From Gammaproteobacteria bacterium (GTDB lineage: Bacteria > Pseudomonadota > Gammaproteobacteria > CAJXQU01): a stretch of DNA of 64,000 nt. The notes beneath the pieces were generated by a model. It had not been told where the DNA came from. It worked only from the letters and a program-made list of their open reading frames with translations, and did not search any database. Shown one piece after another: positions 43,622 through 54,013 of the stretch. Made by a program: the position numbers and the translations under genes. The DNA is taken from contig CBDEGZ010000003.1 of NCBI GenBank assembly GCA_965238175.1, positions 1,056,001-1,120,000 on the forward strand. The letters are read 5' to 3'. How positions within the stretch are numbered: position 1 is the stretch's first letter; every line of letters starts with the position of its first letter.

Positions 43622-44881
43622 ATGTCTCTGTCCGTTTTCGGAGTTAATCACAAAACTGCGCCTGTCTCTATTCGAGAGAATGTTGCTGTTGATGCAGAAG
43701 GAATGGTGACTGCTCTTCAGAGCATTATCACCCAAAAAAGTGTTATGGAAGCGGTTGTGCTTTCTACCTGCAACCGAACAGAGGTCTACTGTTACCACGA
43801 CAATCTCTCTGATGATCAAAACAGGATTGCGATAAATTGGCTTAGTGAACATTTTGATCTTGAGGAAAAAGATCTACAACCTTATTTGTTCTCACTTAGG
43901 GATGACGATTCGATTCGACACTTGCTGAGAGTAGCTTGTGGTCTGGATTCAATGGTTTTGGGGGAGCCGCAGATTTTAGGGCAAATAAAACAAGCATACC
44001 GAGTTGCCGCAGAAACCGGTACTGTTGAGAAAACACTGAACAAATTGTTTCAACATTCCTTTTCAGTAGCCAAACGTGTTAGAACCGATACTACAATTGG
44101 TTCAAGCCCTGTCTCTGTTGCATTTGCTGCTGTCAGGTTAGCGCAGCAGGTCTTTGGAGAACTAAGTGATAAAACCGCATTAATGATCGGGGCAGGTGAC
44201 ACGATTGAACTTGCTTCCCAGCATTTGCAGGATAATGATTTAGGGCGAATGATCATTGCAAATAGATCGATTGAAAGAGCGCAGGTTTTAGCCTCTCGTT
44301 TTAACGGTGATGCGATTGCCTTGAAAGATCTTCCACTGCACCTGGCTGAAGCGGATATTTTGATCTCATCCACCGCCAGTCAACTTCCCATCTTGGGCAA
44401 AGGTGCCGTCGAGCGAGCACTGAAAGAACGTAAACGTAAGCCTATGTTTATGATCGACATTGCGGTTCCAAGAGATATTGAGACTGAAATCGGCAAGCTA
44501 GATGATGTCTACCTTTACACGGTTGATGATTTAGAAACCGTTATCGAAGAAAATCAGAAATCACGTCAGATCGCGGCTTTACAAGCCGAAGAAATTATTC
44601 TGGCAGAAACACGGAATTTTATCGGCTGGCAGCAATCTCTTGATGCTGTTTCGACGGTGCGTGCATTACGTGAAAATGTTCAGGCATCACAGCAAGAACT
44701 GATCAAAAAAGCTAAACAACAATTAACACGAGGCGAAAATCCGGAAAAAGTGATCGAGACATTAGCAAGAGGACTGATGCAGAAATTTATGCATACACCC
44801 AGTGTCAAATTAAGAGAAGCCTCAGCAGATCGGCAGGAAGAGTTGATCAATGCTGTGAAGGAATTATTTGATCTCCCATAA
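43622..44881 (+). CDS. hemA: Glutamyl-tRNA reductase
   Basis: HKTAPV, STCNRTE, GLDSMVLGEPQILGQ, DIAVPRD. Confidence 0.98.
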   Translation: MSLSVFGVNHKTAPVSIRENVAVDAEGMVTALQSIITQKSVMEAVVLSTCNRTEVYCYHDNLSDDQNRIAINWLSEHFDLEEKDLQPYLFSLRDDDSIRHLLRVACGLDSMVLGEPQILGQIKQAYRVAAETGTVEKTLNKLFQHSFSVAKRVRTDTTIGSSPVSVAFAAVRLAQQVFGELSDKTALMIGAGDTIELASQHLQDNDLGRMIIANRSIERAQVLASRFNGDAIALKDLPLHLAEADILISSTASQLPILGKGAVERALKERKRKPMFMIDIAVPRDIETEIGKLDDVYLYTVDDLETVIEENQKSRQIAALQAEEIILAETRNFIGWQQSLDAVSTVRALRENVQASQQELIKKAKQQLTRGENPEKVIETLARGLMQKFMHTPSVKLREASADRQEELINAVKELFDLP

Positions 44882-44933
44882 TGATGGTAGGACGTATGTG
44901 GTTCTTTAAATATTTTAGGCTAAGGGTTTCTGT

Positions 44934-45995
44934 TCAGGAATTATTTTTGTTCTTTTTGACTGCCGTTGCAAAATTTTCAATCACGTCTTCAGTTTCCCCC
45001 CAGCCCATACAAGCATCAGTAACGCTTTGGCCGTAGGTTTTAGCTTTTCCATCAACAAGGTTTTGTCGTCCGCCGATCAAATTACTTTCCAGCATAATCC
45101 CAAAAATCCGCTCTTCACCATTAGCAATTTGTTCGGCGACTTCTTTGCCTACATCAACTTGTTTTTCGTGATTTTTATAACTATTTGCATGGCTACAATC
45201 GACAATCAGTCTATTGGATAAACCAGCTTTATTGAGTAGCTGCGAGACTTTATCAATGCTTGTTGTGTCGTAATTAGGTTTACCGCTGCCGCCACGCAAA
45301 ATAACGTGGCAGTCAGGATTGCCGTTTGTCGCAATAATTGCAGATCGACCTTCTTTTGTCGTGCCGAGGAAATGATGCGGATGTGATGAGGATAAAATCG
45401 CATCCACCGCAATTTGTAAGCCACCATCAGTGGCATTTTTAAAACCGATAGGACATGAAAGTCCAGAGGCTAACTCACGGTGAACTTGGCTTTCGGTTGT
45501 TCTGGCGCCAATCGCACCCCAGGAGATTAAATCGGTGACGTATTGTGGACTTATTGGATCAAGGAATTCTGTGCCTGTTGGAATACCTTTTTCAGCCAGA
45601 TCGAGTAATAACTTTCTGGCGACCCGCAGACCTTTGTTAATCTCGAAGCTGTCATCCAGATTGGGATCATTAATCAAACCTTTCCAACCAACAGTAGTTC
45701 GAGGTTTTTCAAAATAGACGCGCATGACGATGAAAAGCTCATCTTTTGTTTTTTCGATCAAATCTTTTAGTCGATCTGCATATTCCAGCGCTGCATCAAC
45801 ATCATGGATTGAGCAAGGGCCTGTGATCATCAGTAATCGATCATCCTCACCACGCATGATGTTCTGGATTGTTTTTCTTGCACTAAGTACCGTTTGTGTG
45901 GCGTTTTCAGAAAGTGCTAGTTCAGAAATTAATTTTGCAGGCTCGATCACTTCGCGAATTTCGTCGATGCGCAAATCATCTGTTTTCATGTTCAT
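44934..45995 (-). CDS. Class I 3-deoxy-7-phosphoheptulonate (DAHP) synthase
   Basis: GPCSIHD, YFEKPRTTVGWKG, IGARTTESQ, DCSHANS, YGQSVTDAC. Confidence 0.97.
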   Translation of the reverse strand: MNMKTDDLRIDEIREVIEPAKLISELALSENATQTVLSARKTIQNIMRGEDDRLLMITGPCSIHDVDAALEYADRLKDLIEKTKDELFIVMRVYFEKPRTTVGWKGLINDPNLDDSFEINKGLRVARKLLLDLAEKGIPTGTEFLDPISPQYVTDLISWGAIGARTTESQVHRELASGLSCPIGFKNATDGGLQIAVDAILSSSHPHHFLGTTKEGRSAIIATNGNPDCHVILRGGSGKPNYDTTSIDKVSQLLNKAGLSNRLIVDCSHANSYKNHEKQVDVGKEVAEQIANGEERIFGIMLESNLIGGRQNLVDGKAKTYGQSVTDACMGWGETEDVIENFATAVKKNKNNS

Positions 45996-46124
45996 TTTGT
46001 TCGTTTTAAGTATAGTGTCTGGCGCGTTTTCTGCGAGTTTATTGGGATGCTATATAGTATTTATTATCCTAAGCAGAATAACATACCATATAATTTGCAG
46101 GTATCAGAGATAATAATAGAGATC

Positions 46125-47006
46125 ATGACTAATCTTTTTCAAAACATCGCCAGACTAATCTTACTTTTGTTCACTTGTCTAAGCTTTAGTATGGCTCAAG
46201 CACAACCAATAAAGGATCCGGTTAAGGTCTTTGTCAGCGTTTTGCCACAAAAATATTTTGTTGAGCGGATTGCGGGTGAATATGCAACAGTTGAGGTAAT
46301 GGTCGGGCCTGGACATAGCCCAGAAACCTACGATCCGTCACCTAAGCAGCTAGCAAAATTATCACAGGCAAATGTCTATTTTTCCATTGGTGTTCCTTTC
46401 GAAAAAGTGTGGATGTCGCGAATAAGAACGATCAACAATGATCTTTTTATTGTTGATTCTGGTTTAGAAACAGAATCTTCTGATATAGAGCACGGACATG
46501 GACATGAAGATCCACATATTTGGACTAGCCCTGTTCAAGTAGGTTTGATTGCTGATCAAATTCTGGAATCTTTAATAATAGCTGATCTAGAACATGAGAA
46601 TGAGTTCAGAAAGAATCATGAAAGTTTCAAACATGATTTAGAAGAGCTTCATCAAGAAATACAGGCAGTGCTAGGAAAATGGGTTGGTAAAGGTGTTTTC
46701 TTAGTAATGCACCCTGCCTGGGAACATTTTGCCCAGACATATCAATTAGAACAGATAGCAATTGAGCATGAGGGTAAAAGTCCAAGTGCAAAATCATTAC
46801 AATATTTGATTAGCCGGGCGAAGCAAGAAAACATTAAGGTTGTGTTTATTCAAGATCAACATAGTAGCCGTATGGCTAATACGGTAGCAGCAGAAATTGG
46901 TGCAAAGGTCGTGCGACTTGATCCGTTGGCTGTAGATTTTTTACAAAATATGCGTAAGGTGGCTGAGGCTTTGGCGGAGTCGTTTAATGAGAGAACGCCT
47001 AAATAA
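46125..47006 (+). CDS. Zn/Mn ABC transporter substrate-binding protein (ZnuA-like)
   Basis: Signal peptide, SPETYDPSP, HGHGHEDPHIW, HPAW. Confidence 0.9.
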   Translation: MTNLFQNIARLILLLFTCLSFSMAQAQPIKDPVKVFVSVLPQKYFVERIAGEYATVEVMVGPGHSPETYDPSPKQLAKLSQANVYFSIGVPFEKVWMSRIRTINNDLFIVDSGLETESSDIEHGHGHEDPHIWTSPVQVGLIADQILESLIIADLEHENEFRKNHESFKHDLEELHQEIQAVLGKWVGKGVFLVMHPAWEHFAQTYQLEQIAIEHEGKSPSAKSLQYLISRAKQENIKVVFIQDQHSSRMANTVAAEIGAKVVRLDPLAVDFLQNMRKVAEALAESFNERTPK

Positions 47007-47044
47007 ATGAGTATTAGTAAATGAACATCATTAAGCGTGAATAG

Positions 47045-47773
47045 ATGAATAACACAATGATTAAATTAGAAAATGTCTCCTTTGGTTATGGTGGGCCAAC
47101 GGTATTGCAGGATATCGATCTGGAAATTAACAAAGGTGAATTTATTGGCCTGGTGGGACCAAATGCTGGCGGTAAAAGTACTTTGCTAAAATTAATTCTG
47201 GGGTTGATAAAACCATCGCGAGGGCAAATTAGTTCGTTTGGAAAACCAGTCAAAGAGGGTAGAGTTAGAATTGGTTATTGCCCACAGTACACCCGGTTTT
47301 CAAGAAATTATCCGATTACTGTCGAAGAAGTGGTTTTAATGGGGCGTTTAGGCAAAGCTCGTATTTTGGGTGGTTATTCAAAGAAAGATAAGGAAATCGT
47401 TCAGTCAGCAATGCGATCCACAGAGGTAGATTCGGTTAGAACGGAAAATATTTCGGATCTTTCCGGTGGTCAACTACAACGTGTTTTAATCGCACGAGCA
47501 CTCGCCTGTGAACCTGAGATTCTGATCCTCGATGAGCCCACCGCCAATATTGATCAACGAGTCGAAGTCGATATTTTTCAACTCTTGAAGCAGTTCAACG
47601 AGCGTATGACAATTATTGTTGTCTCCCACGATATAGGATTTATTTCTGAATATGTAACACGTGTTGCTTGCTTAAACAGAACACTCGTTTGTCATGAAAC
47701 CTCCGAATTAACCGGTGAATCAATCGAAAAGTTATATGGTAGTCACGTTAGCATGATCGAGCATAATCACTGA
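47045..47773 (+). CDS. Metal ABC transporter ATP-binding protein (ZnuC-like)
   Basis: GPNAGGKST, LSGGQLQR, LDEPT, VSHD. Confidence 0.92.
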   Translation: MNNTMIKLENVSFGYGGPTVLQDIDLEINKGEFIGLVGPNAGGKSTLLKLILGLIKPSRGQISSFGKPVKEGRVRIGYCPQYTRFSRNYPITVEEVVLMGRLGKARILGGYSKKDKEIVQSAMRSTEVDSVRTENISDLSGGQLQRVLIARALACEPEILILDEPTANIDQRVEVDIFQLLKQFNERMTIIVVSHDIGFISEYVTRVACLNRTLVCHETSELTGESIEKLYGSHVSMIEHNH

Positions 47774-48609
47774 TGGAATTTGTCTTAGCACTTTCGGATC
47801 AACACTTTTTACGCTACGCATTGATAGCAGGTTTGTTAGCAAGTATCGGTTGCGGTGTAGTTGGAACGTATGTTGTTGTTCGTAACATTGGTTATCTTGC
47901 TGGGGGGATTGCACATGCTGTTTTAGGTGGAATGGGGATCGCATATTTTCTCGGACAACCGCCTTTGGGTGGCGCTATTCTTACAGCTTTATTGGCCGCT
48001 TTGTTAATTGGCTGGGTGAGCCTACGATGGAAGCAAACTGAAGATAGTTTGATCAGTGCATTATGGGCGGTCGGGATGGCTGTTGGCATTATTTTCATTT
48101 CACAAACGCCAGGTTATAACGCAGATCTGATGAGTTATTTGTTTGGTAATATTTTACTGGTTTCAAAATCTGATCTATTTTTGATGGCAGCACTTGATCT
48201 GGTTATTTTGATCTGTGTGAGTCTATTTTATAAACAGTTTCAGGCTGTTACATTCGACGAAGAATTTTCCAGGCTACGTGGAGTACATGCAGAGATATAT
48301 TATCTGCTTTTATTGTGTTTGGTTGCATTAACCGTTGTGTTACTAATTAGAGTGGTCGGTTTGATCTTAGTGATTGCCTTACTGACATTGCCTGCCGCAA
48401 TTTCGCGTCAGTATTTTGGAACTTTGTTTAAAATCATGTGTTTATCTATCATAATAGGCGGCATTTTAACGTTGAGTGGGTTGGCAATTTCATATGAACA
48501 GGATTTGCCATCAGGTGCGACGATCATTTTGATCGCTGGAATTGTATTTTTCGTTTCAACCATTGCAACCAAATTTTGGAGAGGAGTTGCTGCTAAACGG
48601 TTGGATTAA
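47773..48609 (+). CDS. Metal ABC transporter permease (ZnuB-like)
   Basis: GIAHAVLGG, YLFGNIL, VGLILVIALLTLPAA. Confidence 0.92.
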   Translation: MEFVLALSDQHFLRYALIAGLLASIGCGVVGTYVVVRNIGYLAGGIAHAVLGGMGIAYFLGQPPLGGAILTALLAALLIGWVSLRWKQTEDSLISALWAVGMAVGIIFISQTPGYNADLMSYLFGNILLVSKSDLFLMAALDLVILICVSLFYKQFQAVTFDEEFSRLRGVHAEIYYLLLLCLVALTVVLLIRVVGLILVIALLTLPAAISRQYFGTLFKIMCLSIIIGGILTLSGLAISYEQDLPSGATIILIAGIVFFVSTIATKFWRGVAAKRLD

Positions 48610-48643
48610 AAATTATAGAAGTTGAAGAAGGGATGTGCATATT

Positions 48644-50110
48644 ATGAAAAAATTATTACTTATATCATTATTAGGTTTATCAGGTGTATTAACCACCGGA
48701 TGTGCAACTAATCCTGTTACTGGGAAATCTGATTTTGTTACGATTTCTGAGGATCAGGAAATAGCCATGGGCCGTCAAGGGCACGCAGAAGTGATGAAGC
48801 GCTATACGCTTTATGAAAACCCAGAGCTGCAAGATTATGTCCAGCGTGTCGGCAGAAAACTAGCCGCTGAGAGTCACCGACCTGAGCTGGTGTATCGATT
48901 CCATGTATTAGATAGTACAGAAATTAACGCATTCGCTCTTCCAGGTGGTTATATCTACATCACACGTGGTTTGATGTCTTACTTAAATTCAGAAGCAGAA
49001 TTTGCTGCCGTATTAGGACATGAGATTGGTCATGTCACTGCCCGACATAGTGTCAGACAGGCAAGTGCAGCACAGGTTGCAGGAATTGGTGCAACAATTG
49101 GTGCGATTTTTCTTCCTCAATTACGAACCCAGGCAGGGCAGCAAGTCGTTAATATCGCTGGTGGCGCGTTATTGAGTGGTTATGGTCGGCAACATGAGTT
49201 GGAGTCAGATCGATTAGGCGCAGAGTATCTCGCGCGTACAGGTTACACACCACAAGCGATGCTAGACGTAATTTCTGTTCTGAAAAATCAACAGGTGTAT
49301 GATCAAACTTTAGCCAAGGAAGAGGGGCGAGAGCCTCGGCAATATCACGGCGTTTTCGCATCTCATCCTGATAATGACACACGCTTGCAAGAAGTGGTTG
49401 CCTCCGCTAATCAATACCAGAAAACAGGTAATGAGATCCGAAACCAATCAGAATATCTAGCATTGTTAGAGAATCTGGTTGTTGGTGAGAGTGCAAGAGA
49501 AGGTGTACTTCGGGACGGTAATTTTTACCATCCTGAAATAGGATTTGCGATGAGCTTCCCTAAAGGATGGAAGGTACAGAATTTACCTGATCGACTAGTT
49601 GCCAGCTCGCCTGATGGTGGTGCAATTTTGCAAGTGGGTGTAGAGGATATCAATAAGCGAATATCACCACGAGAATTTATGCGCACAAGATTGAAACTCG
49701 ATTCGTTAAAATCAGAAGGTAAGCTTAATCCAGATGGTCTAGAGGGTTACAGTGCTGTGGCACCGATAAAAACCAGTTTTGGAACACGTGATTCAAGATT
49801 TAATGTGATCTATTTGAATGATAGTGCTTTTATTTTGGCTGGAGTGGTTAAAGAGGAGAGCCAGATACCTGCTTACGATAAAGCTTTTCTAGCATCGGCC
49901 AAGAGTTTTCATCGAATTACAAACAAAGAAAGAGAGCTCGCTAAACCGCTCAGATTACATATGATCAAAGTCGAACCGGGAATGACCATAGCAAAATTGG
50001 CCAGGCAGACACCTTTTACTGATCATGCGGAACAAAGACTTAGACTATTGAACGGACTATTCCCCACTGGTGAGGTTAAACCTGGACAGATAATTAAAAT
50101 GGTGAGATGA
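48644..50110 (+). CDS. M48-family metalloprotease lipoprotein
   Basis: TGCATNPVTG lipoprotein start, NAFALPGG, HEIGH, ELESD, SHP. Confidence 0.92.
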   Translation: MKKLLLISLLGLSGVLTTGCATNPVTGKSDFVTISEDQEIAMGRQGHAEVMKRYTLYENPELQDYVQRVGRKLAAESHRPELVYRFHVLDSTEINAFALPGGYIYITRGLMSYLNSEAEFAAVLGHEIGHVTARHSVRQASAAQVAGIGATIGAIFLPQLRTQAGQQVVNIAGGALLSGYGRQHELESDRLGAEYLARTGYTPQAMLDVISVLKNQQVYDQTLAKEEGREPRQYHGVFASHPDNDTRLQEVVASANQYQKTGNEIRNQSEYLALLENLVVGESAREGVLRDGNFYHPEIGFAMSFPKGWKVQNLPDRLVASSPDGGAILQVGVEDINKRISPREFMRTRLKLDSLKSEGKLNPDGLEGYSAVAPIKTSFGTRDSRFNVIYLNDSAFILAGVVKEESQIPAYDKAFLASAKSFHRITNKERELAKPLRLHMIKVEPGMTIAKLARQTPFTDHAEQRLRLLNGLFPTGEVKPGQIIKMVR

Positions 50111-50118
50111 GGAGATTT

Positions 50119-50146
50119 GGAACTTTATATTTAAGTGCTAGTCATA
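50119..50146 (+). promoter_or_regulatory. Putative sigmaE (RpoE) promoter
   Basis: GGAACTT-N16-TCATA versus consensus GGAACTT-N16-TCAAA. Confidence 0.6.
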
Positions 50147-50151
50147 TATAG

Positions 50152-50265
50152 CACGTTCTATTTTTATTGAACGCTCCCATCCTCCCTCCCTGGATGGGAA
50201 AATGGTTTGGTTATCCCCAATTGAACCTTGTTTAGCCCTGGAACTAAGTTCCGGGGCTTTTTTTT
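50152..50265 (+). ncRNA. Candidate sRNA with C-rich loops and terminator
   Basis: Consecutive hairpins with loops TCCCTCCCT and ATCCCC, then AGCCCTGGAAC/GTTCCGGGGCT and a T run. Confidence 0.6.
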
Positions 50266-50297
50266 ATATGAGGTGGGCGTGTTTTCAGTCGCTTAGT

Positions 50298-50723
50298 TTA
50301 TTCAACAGTAATTGTTATTTTATCTGAAACAACAGGCGGATTATGTGGAATATGCAAATGATTACCCAAAATCAATTGCAGTGTGTGTTTGCCTTTGCTG
50401 AGTTTAATAGTCGTTTCAGTTTGACCACCGCCAAAATGAATCACGTTACCGCCTAGTGGTTGATCCAATGCTGGTAAGCATTCGCCATCAATAATTAAAT
50501 GATGGTGCCCGGTGTTTGCTTTATCAAAGCCTGCAGGTGCAATGCCCATCTCTTTTAAACCGAATTTAATTGTTACTTGTTCTCCAACAGTTTCACCATT
50601 GTTGGGTGAAATGATATATGCCGATGCACCTTGTGGTGAAGCGGATTGTAAAGATTCTGTCGCTTGAACCAGTGATCCAATTGAAAGTATGCAACTTAGG
50701 AAGATTTTAATGAGATTTTTCAT
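50298..50723 (-). CDS. DUF4399-family secreted protein
   Basis: Signal peptide, TGHHHLIID, HFGGGQTE, GKHTLQL, HIPH; start at 50723. Confidence 0.88.
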   Translation of the reverse strand: MKNLIKIFLSCILSIGSLVQATESLQSASPQGASAYIISPNNGETVGEQVTIKFGLKEMGIAPAGFDKANTGHHHLIIDGECLPALDQPLGGNVIHFGGGQTETTIKLSKGKHTLQLILGNHLHIPHNPPVVSDKITITVE

Positions 50724-50805
50724 ATTTTTGACTCTTGTAAAGTAATAAAGTAGTTTTGCTTTATGTTGTTGGAAAGTATGAGCGGGATGGGTGTCTGGAA
50801 GTTCC

Positions 50806-51411
50806 TTAAGCCTGCTCAAACCACTCATCCAGTAATGTATATAATTCATCCAGGCCGGTACGCTTTGTGGCAGAAAAAAGTTGCAAACTGTGGATTTCAT
50901 TTAGCATCGATTGAACGTTGAATAAGGTTTTTTTAGCCTCGTTATTACTTAATTTATCGGCTTTAGTGAGCAGGATATGCACTGGCAAATCAATATGATC
51001 GCACCAGCTCAGCATGGATTGATCAAATTCTTTCATGGGATGGCGAATATCCATGAGCAGAATAACACCTCTAAGTGATTCTCGTGATTTGAGGTAAGTA
51101 GGCAATACTTGCTGCCAATGATCTCTTAGTTTTTTACCAGTTTTTGCAAAGCCGTAACCAGGCAGATCAGCTATTCGACAATCCTCGTCGAGATCAAATA
51201 ATACAATTTGCTGTGTTCTTCCTGGTGTTTTACTCGTGCGTGCGAGGCTTTTTTGTTGGGTTAGCGTATTGATAGAGCTGGACTTTCCGGCATTTGATCG
51301 ACCTGCGAAAGCAACTTCAATACCTTTATCAACGGGAAGTTGTTTGAGTGTATGTGCACTGTCCATGTAATGGGCCTGTCGATAAAATTTTTCAGGTGTA
51401 TGTTTACTCAT
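50806..51411 (-). CDS. engB: Ribosome biogenesis GTPase YihA/EngB
   Basis: [27 protein letters not shown]. Confidence 0.96.
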   Translation of the reverse strand: MSKHTPEKFYRQAHYMDSAHTLKQLPVDKGIEVAFAGRSNAGKSSSINTLTQQKSLARTSKTPGRTQQIVLFDLDEDCRIADLPGYGFAKTGKKLRDHWQQVLPTYLKSRESLRGVILLMDIRHPMKEFDQSMLSWCDHIDLPVHILLTKADKLSNNEAKKTLFNVQSMLNEIHSLQLFSATKRTGLDELYTLLDEWFEQA

Positions 51412-52196
51412 GTAACTTTGGATTCCATCCAGATCAAACTTGCCATGCGTCCTGTTTTCGCACCATCGCGTCGATGTGAGTAAAACAGATCTGCATCACG
51501 ATAGGTGCAATATTGTCCGCCGTGGATCCGTTCTATTCCTTGTGCTTTTAGAATTAACATTGCGATCCGATAGAGACTGACTAACCAGTGATTTCGACTG
51601 GTTGGTATGAAAGTATCTTGTTCTAGAATACTTCCGATGTGATCAAAGGCAGATTTCACTTCAGCATCGATTTCGTAATTTCTTGCACTTATTGCTGGCC
51701 CCATCCAGACCATGAGTGATTTGGGCGATGAAGAAAACATGGGAATTGTTTCTTCGATAATTCCGGCTGCGAGTCCGCGCCATCCGGCATGAAGTGCCGC
51801 GATTTCTGTTCCTGTTTCATTACTGATCAAAATCGGCAAACAATCTGCTGTGAGTATGCCGCAAACAATACCTGGTTTAGTTGTGAAAACACCATCCGCA
51901 ATATTGTTCACTGTACTTTTTTTATCAGGCTTATGGTTATCAAGGTTGAGAATTTTATTTCCATGTACTTGTTTTAACCAAAAAGGTTCCGATGGTAAGT
52001 TGCGTACATCCACTAAATGTTTACGGTTAATTTGGACTATATTTGGATCATCCTCGACGTGGTTACCCAAGTTTAGAGAGTCATAATAACCTTGGCTATA
52101 GCCATATAGTCTAGTGCTAGTTCCAGCATATAAATTCGTGGGTGCAGGCCATTTGGATTCGATCCACGCTGGTTGTTGTTCAAGTATATCTGTCAT
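51408..52196 (-). CDS. pgeF: Peptidoglycan editing factor PgeF/YfiH
   Basis: LNLGNHV, QVHG, TADCLPI, HAGWRGL, GRMAS. Confidence 0.95.
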   Translation of the reverse strand: MTDILEQQPAWIESKWPAPTNLYAGTSTRLYGYSQGYYDSLNLGNHVEDDPNIVQINRKHLVDVRNLPSEPFWLKQVHGNKILNLDNHKPDKKSTVNNIADGVFTTKPGIVCGILTADCLPILISNETGTEIAALHAGWRGLAAGIIEETIPMFSSSPKSLMVWMGPAISARNYEIDAEVKSAFDHIGSILEQDTFIPTSRNHWLVSLYRIAMLILKAQGIERIHGGQYCTYRDADLFYSHRRDGAKTGRMASLIWMESKVT

Positions 52197-53146
52197 GCAG
52201 TTTTTTGATTGGTTAGTTTGATAATCAAGTTTTTCATATCATCTGGTAAAGGTGCGATCCAATTTAGGACTTCTTTTGTTGCCGGATGTTCTAGTGTTAA
52301 TTGTGTTGAGTGAAGCGCTTGTCGGTTAAAGTTTGACAATACTTTGACCAGATCCTTTGCCAAATCTTTATGTGGCTTTGACCGGCTACCATAGACTGGG
52401 TCACCTACAATTGGGAAGTTGATATGTGCCAAATGAACTCTAATTTGATGCGTTCTACCAGATTCTAATTGTACTTTGAGATGCGTGTGTGCAGGAAATT
52501 TTGATTCGCAACGATAATGTGTTTTTGCGTTTTTCCCGTTTTCAACGACAGCCATTTTTATTCTTTGTGTTGGGTGTCTACCGATGGGTGCATCAATGCT
52601 TCCATCTGATAAAACTATTCCGTTAACAATCGTCTGGTATTCTCGTTTTAAAGAACGTGTTTGTAGTTGATCTACAAGAGAGGTATGTGCTCTTAACGAC
52701 CGTGCGACAACCATAATACCAGTAGTGTCTTTATCTAACCGATGTACGATGCCCGCTCGGGGTAGGTTTTCGAGTTTTTGATCGTAATGTAACAATGCGT
52801 TGACGAGCGTACCATCCGGATTACCTGCACCGGGGTGAACAACTAAATTTGCTGGCTTGTTGATGATAATCAGGTCATCGTCCTCATAAATTATGTCTAG
52901 CGGGATATTCTGTGCTTTCCACTCTATTTTTTGTTCAGGTTCCACCCAAATTTCAACCTGTTCTCCACCATATATCGTCATGGTCGGTCGAATTACCTTT
53001 TGATCTATGTGTACCTTTCCATCTAAAATCCAGCTTTTTAAGCTAGATCGAGAATAATCCGAGAAAATTTCAGCCAGTGCACGATCTAGCCGCCATCCGT
53101 CGTAACTTTCAGGGATAGTAGCAGTCAAATAAAGTTGTTCAGACAT
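52193..53146 (-). CDS. rluD: 23S rRNA pseudouridine synthase RluD
   Basis: S4 domain, HRLDKDTTG, GRTHQIRVH; divergent from bamD. Confidence 0.97.
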   Translation of the reverse strand: MSEQLYLTATIPESYDGWRLDRALAEIFSDYSRSSLKSWILDGKVHIDQKVIRPTMTIYGGEQVEIWVEPEQKIEWKAQNIPLDIIYEDDDLIIINKPANLVVHPGAGNPDGTLVNALLHYDQKLENLPRAGIVHRLDKDTTGIMVVARSLRAHTSLVDQLQTRSLKREYQTIVNGIVLSDGSIDAPIGRHPTQRIKMAVVENGKNAKTHYRCESKFPAHTHLKVQLESGRTHQIRVHLAHINFPIVGDPVYGSRSKPHKDLAKDLVKVLSNFNRQALHSTQLTLEHPATKEVLNWIAPLPDDMKNLIIKLTNQKTA

Positions 53147-53197
53147 AAACGAACGAGAGTGTATCAGGAAGCACTCCTTATGCGCTAAAATATTGCT

Positions 53198-53998
53198 ATG
53201 AATTTAATTATTAATAATACGATCAAAAAATCACTCATACTCTTTTTTGTGCTGGCGCTTTCGAGTTGCTCGCTGTTTCCTGAGAAAAAAAGCGATGATG
53301 AAACAGAAAGTTGGTCTGCGGAACGGCTTTATTATGAGGCTAAAGATTCATTGGAATTAGGTTATTACGTTGAAGCCGTAGGTTATTATCAAAAACTTCA
53401 GGCTCGATATCCGTTTGGAAAATTTTCAAGACAAGCACAACTTGACCTGGCCTATTCGTATTACAAGCAAGATGAATCTGTTGCTGCAATAGCTGCTTGT
53501 AATCGTTTTATTAAGCTCTATCCAACACATCCAAGAGTCGATTATGCCTATTATTTGAAAGGACTTTCCTTATTCAATCAAGGCAAGGGTTTAATAGAGA
53601 GATATATCCCTAAAGATGACTCACAACGTGACCCAGGAGCTGCTTTGGGCGCCTTTAGAGAGTTTTCTGAACTGGCAAAGCGTTATCCAAACAGTGATTA
53701 TGTACCTGATGCTCGTCAGAGAATGGTTTATTTGCGAAATGGGCTTGCGCAGCATGAAGTGAATGTGGCGGAATATTATATGCGTAGGAATGCCTTTGTC
53801 GCTGCGGCAAACAGGGCGCGTTATGCGGTTGAGAATTATCAACAGGCACCGGCTATTCCTGATGCACTTATATTGATGGCAAAGGCCTATAAAGTGCTGG
53901 GAATGACGGATTTATCTAATGATGCAATTCGTGTTCTAGAGGAGAATTTTCCTAAACATCCCAAGATTGTCGAAGTTCAAGCTATAAGGATAAAGTAA
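53198..53998 (+). CDS. bamD: Outer-membrane assembly factor BamD
   Basis: LSSC lipobox, YPFG, QAQLDLAY, DYAYYLKGL; rluD-bamD synteny. Confidence 0.96.
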   Translation: MNLIINNTIKKSLILFFVLALSSCSLFPEKKSDDETESWSAERLYYEAKDSLELGYYVEAVGYYQKLQARYPFGKFSRQAQLDLAYSYYKQDESVAAIAACNRFIKLYPTHPRVDYAYYLKGLSLFNQGKGLIERYIPKDDSQRDPGAALGAFREFSELAKRYPNSDYVPDARQRMVYLRNGLAQHEVNVAEYYMRRNAFVAAANRARYAVENYQQAPAIPDALILMAKAYKVLGMTDLSNDAIRVLEENFPKHPKIVEVQAIRIK

Positions 53999-54013
53999 CA
54001 AAAGCTGGAATGA

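Noticed and set aside
46040-46100. Zur box upstream of the znuA-like gene
   Set aside because: ATGCTATATAGTAT is only a weak partial match in AT-rich DNA.
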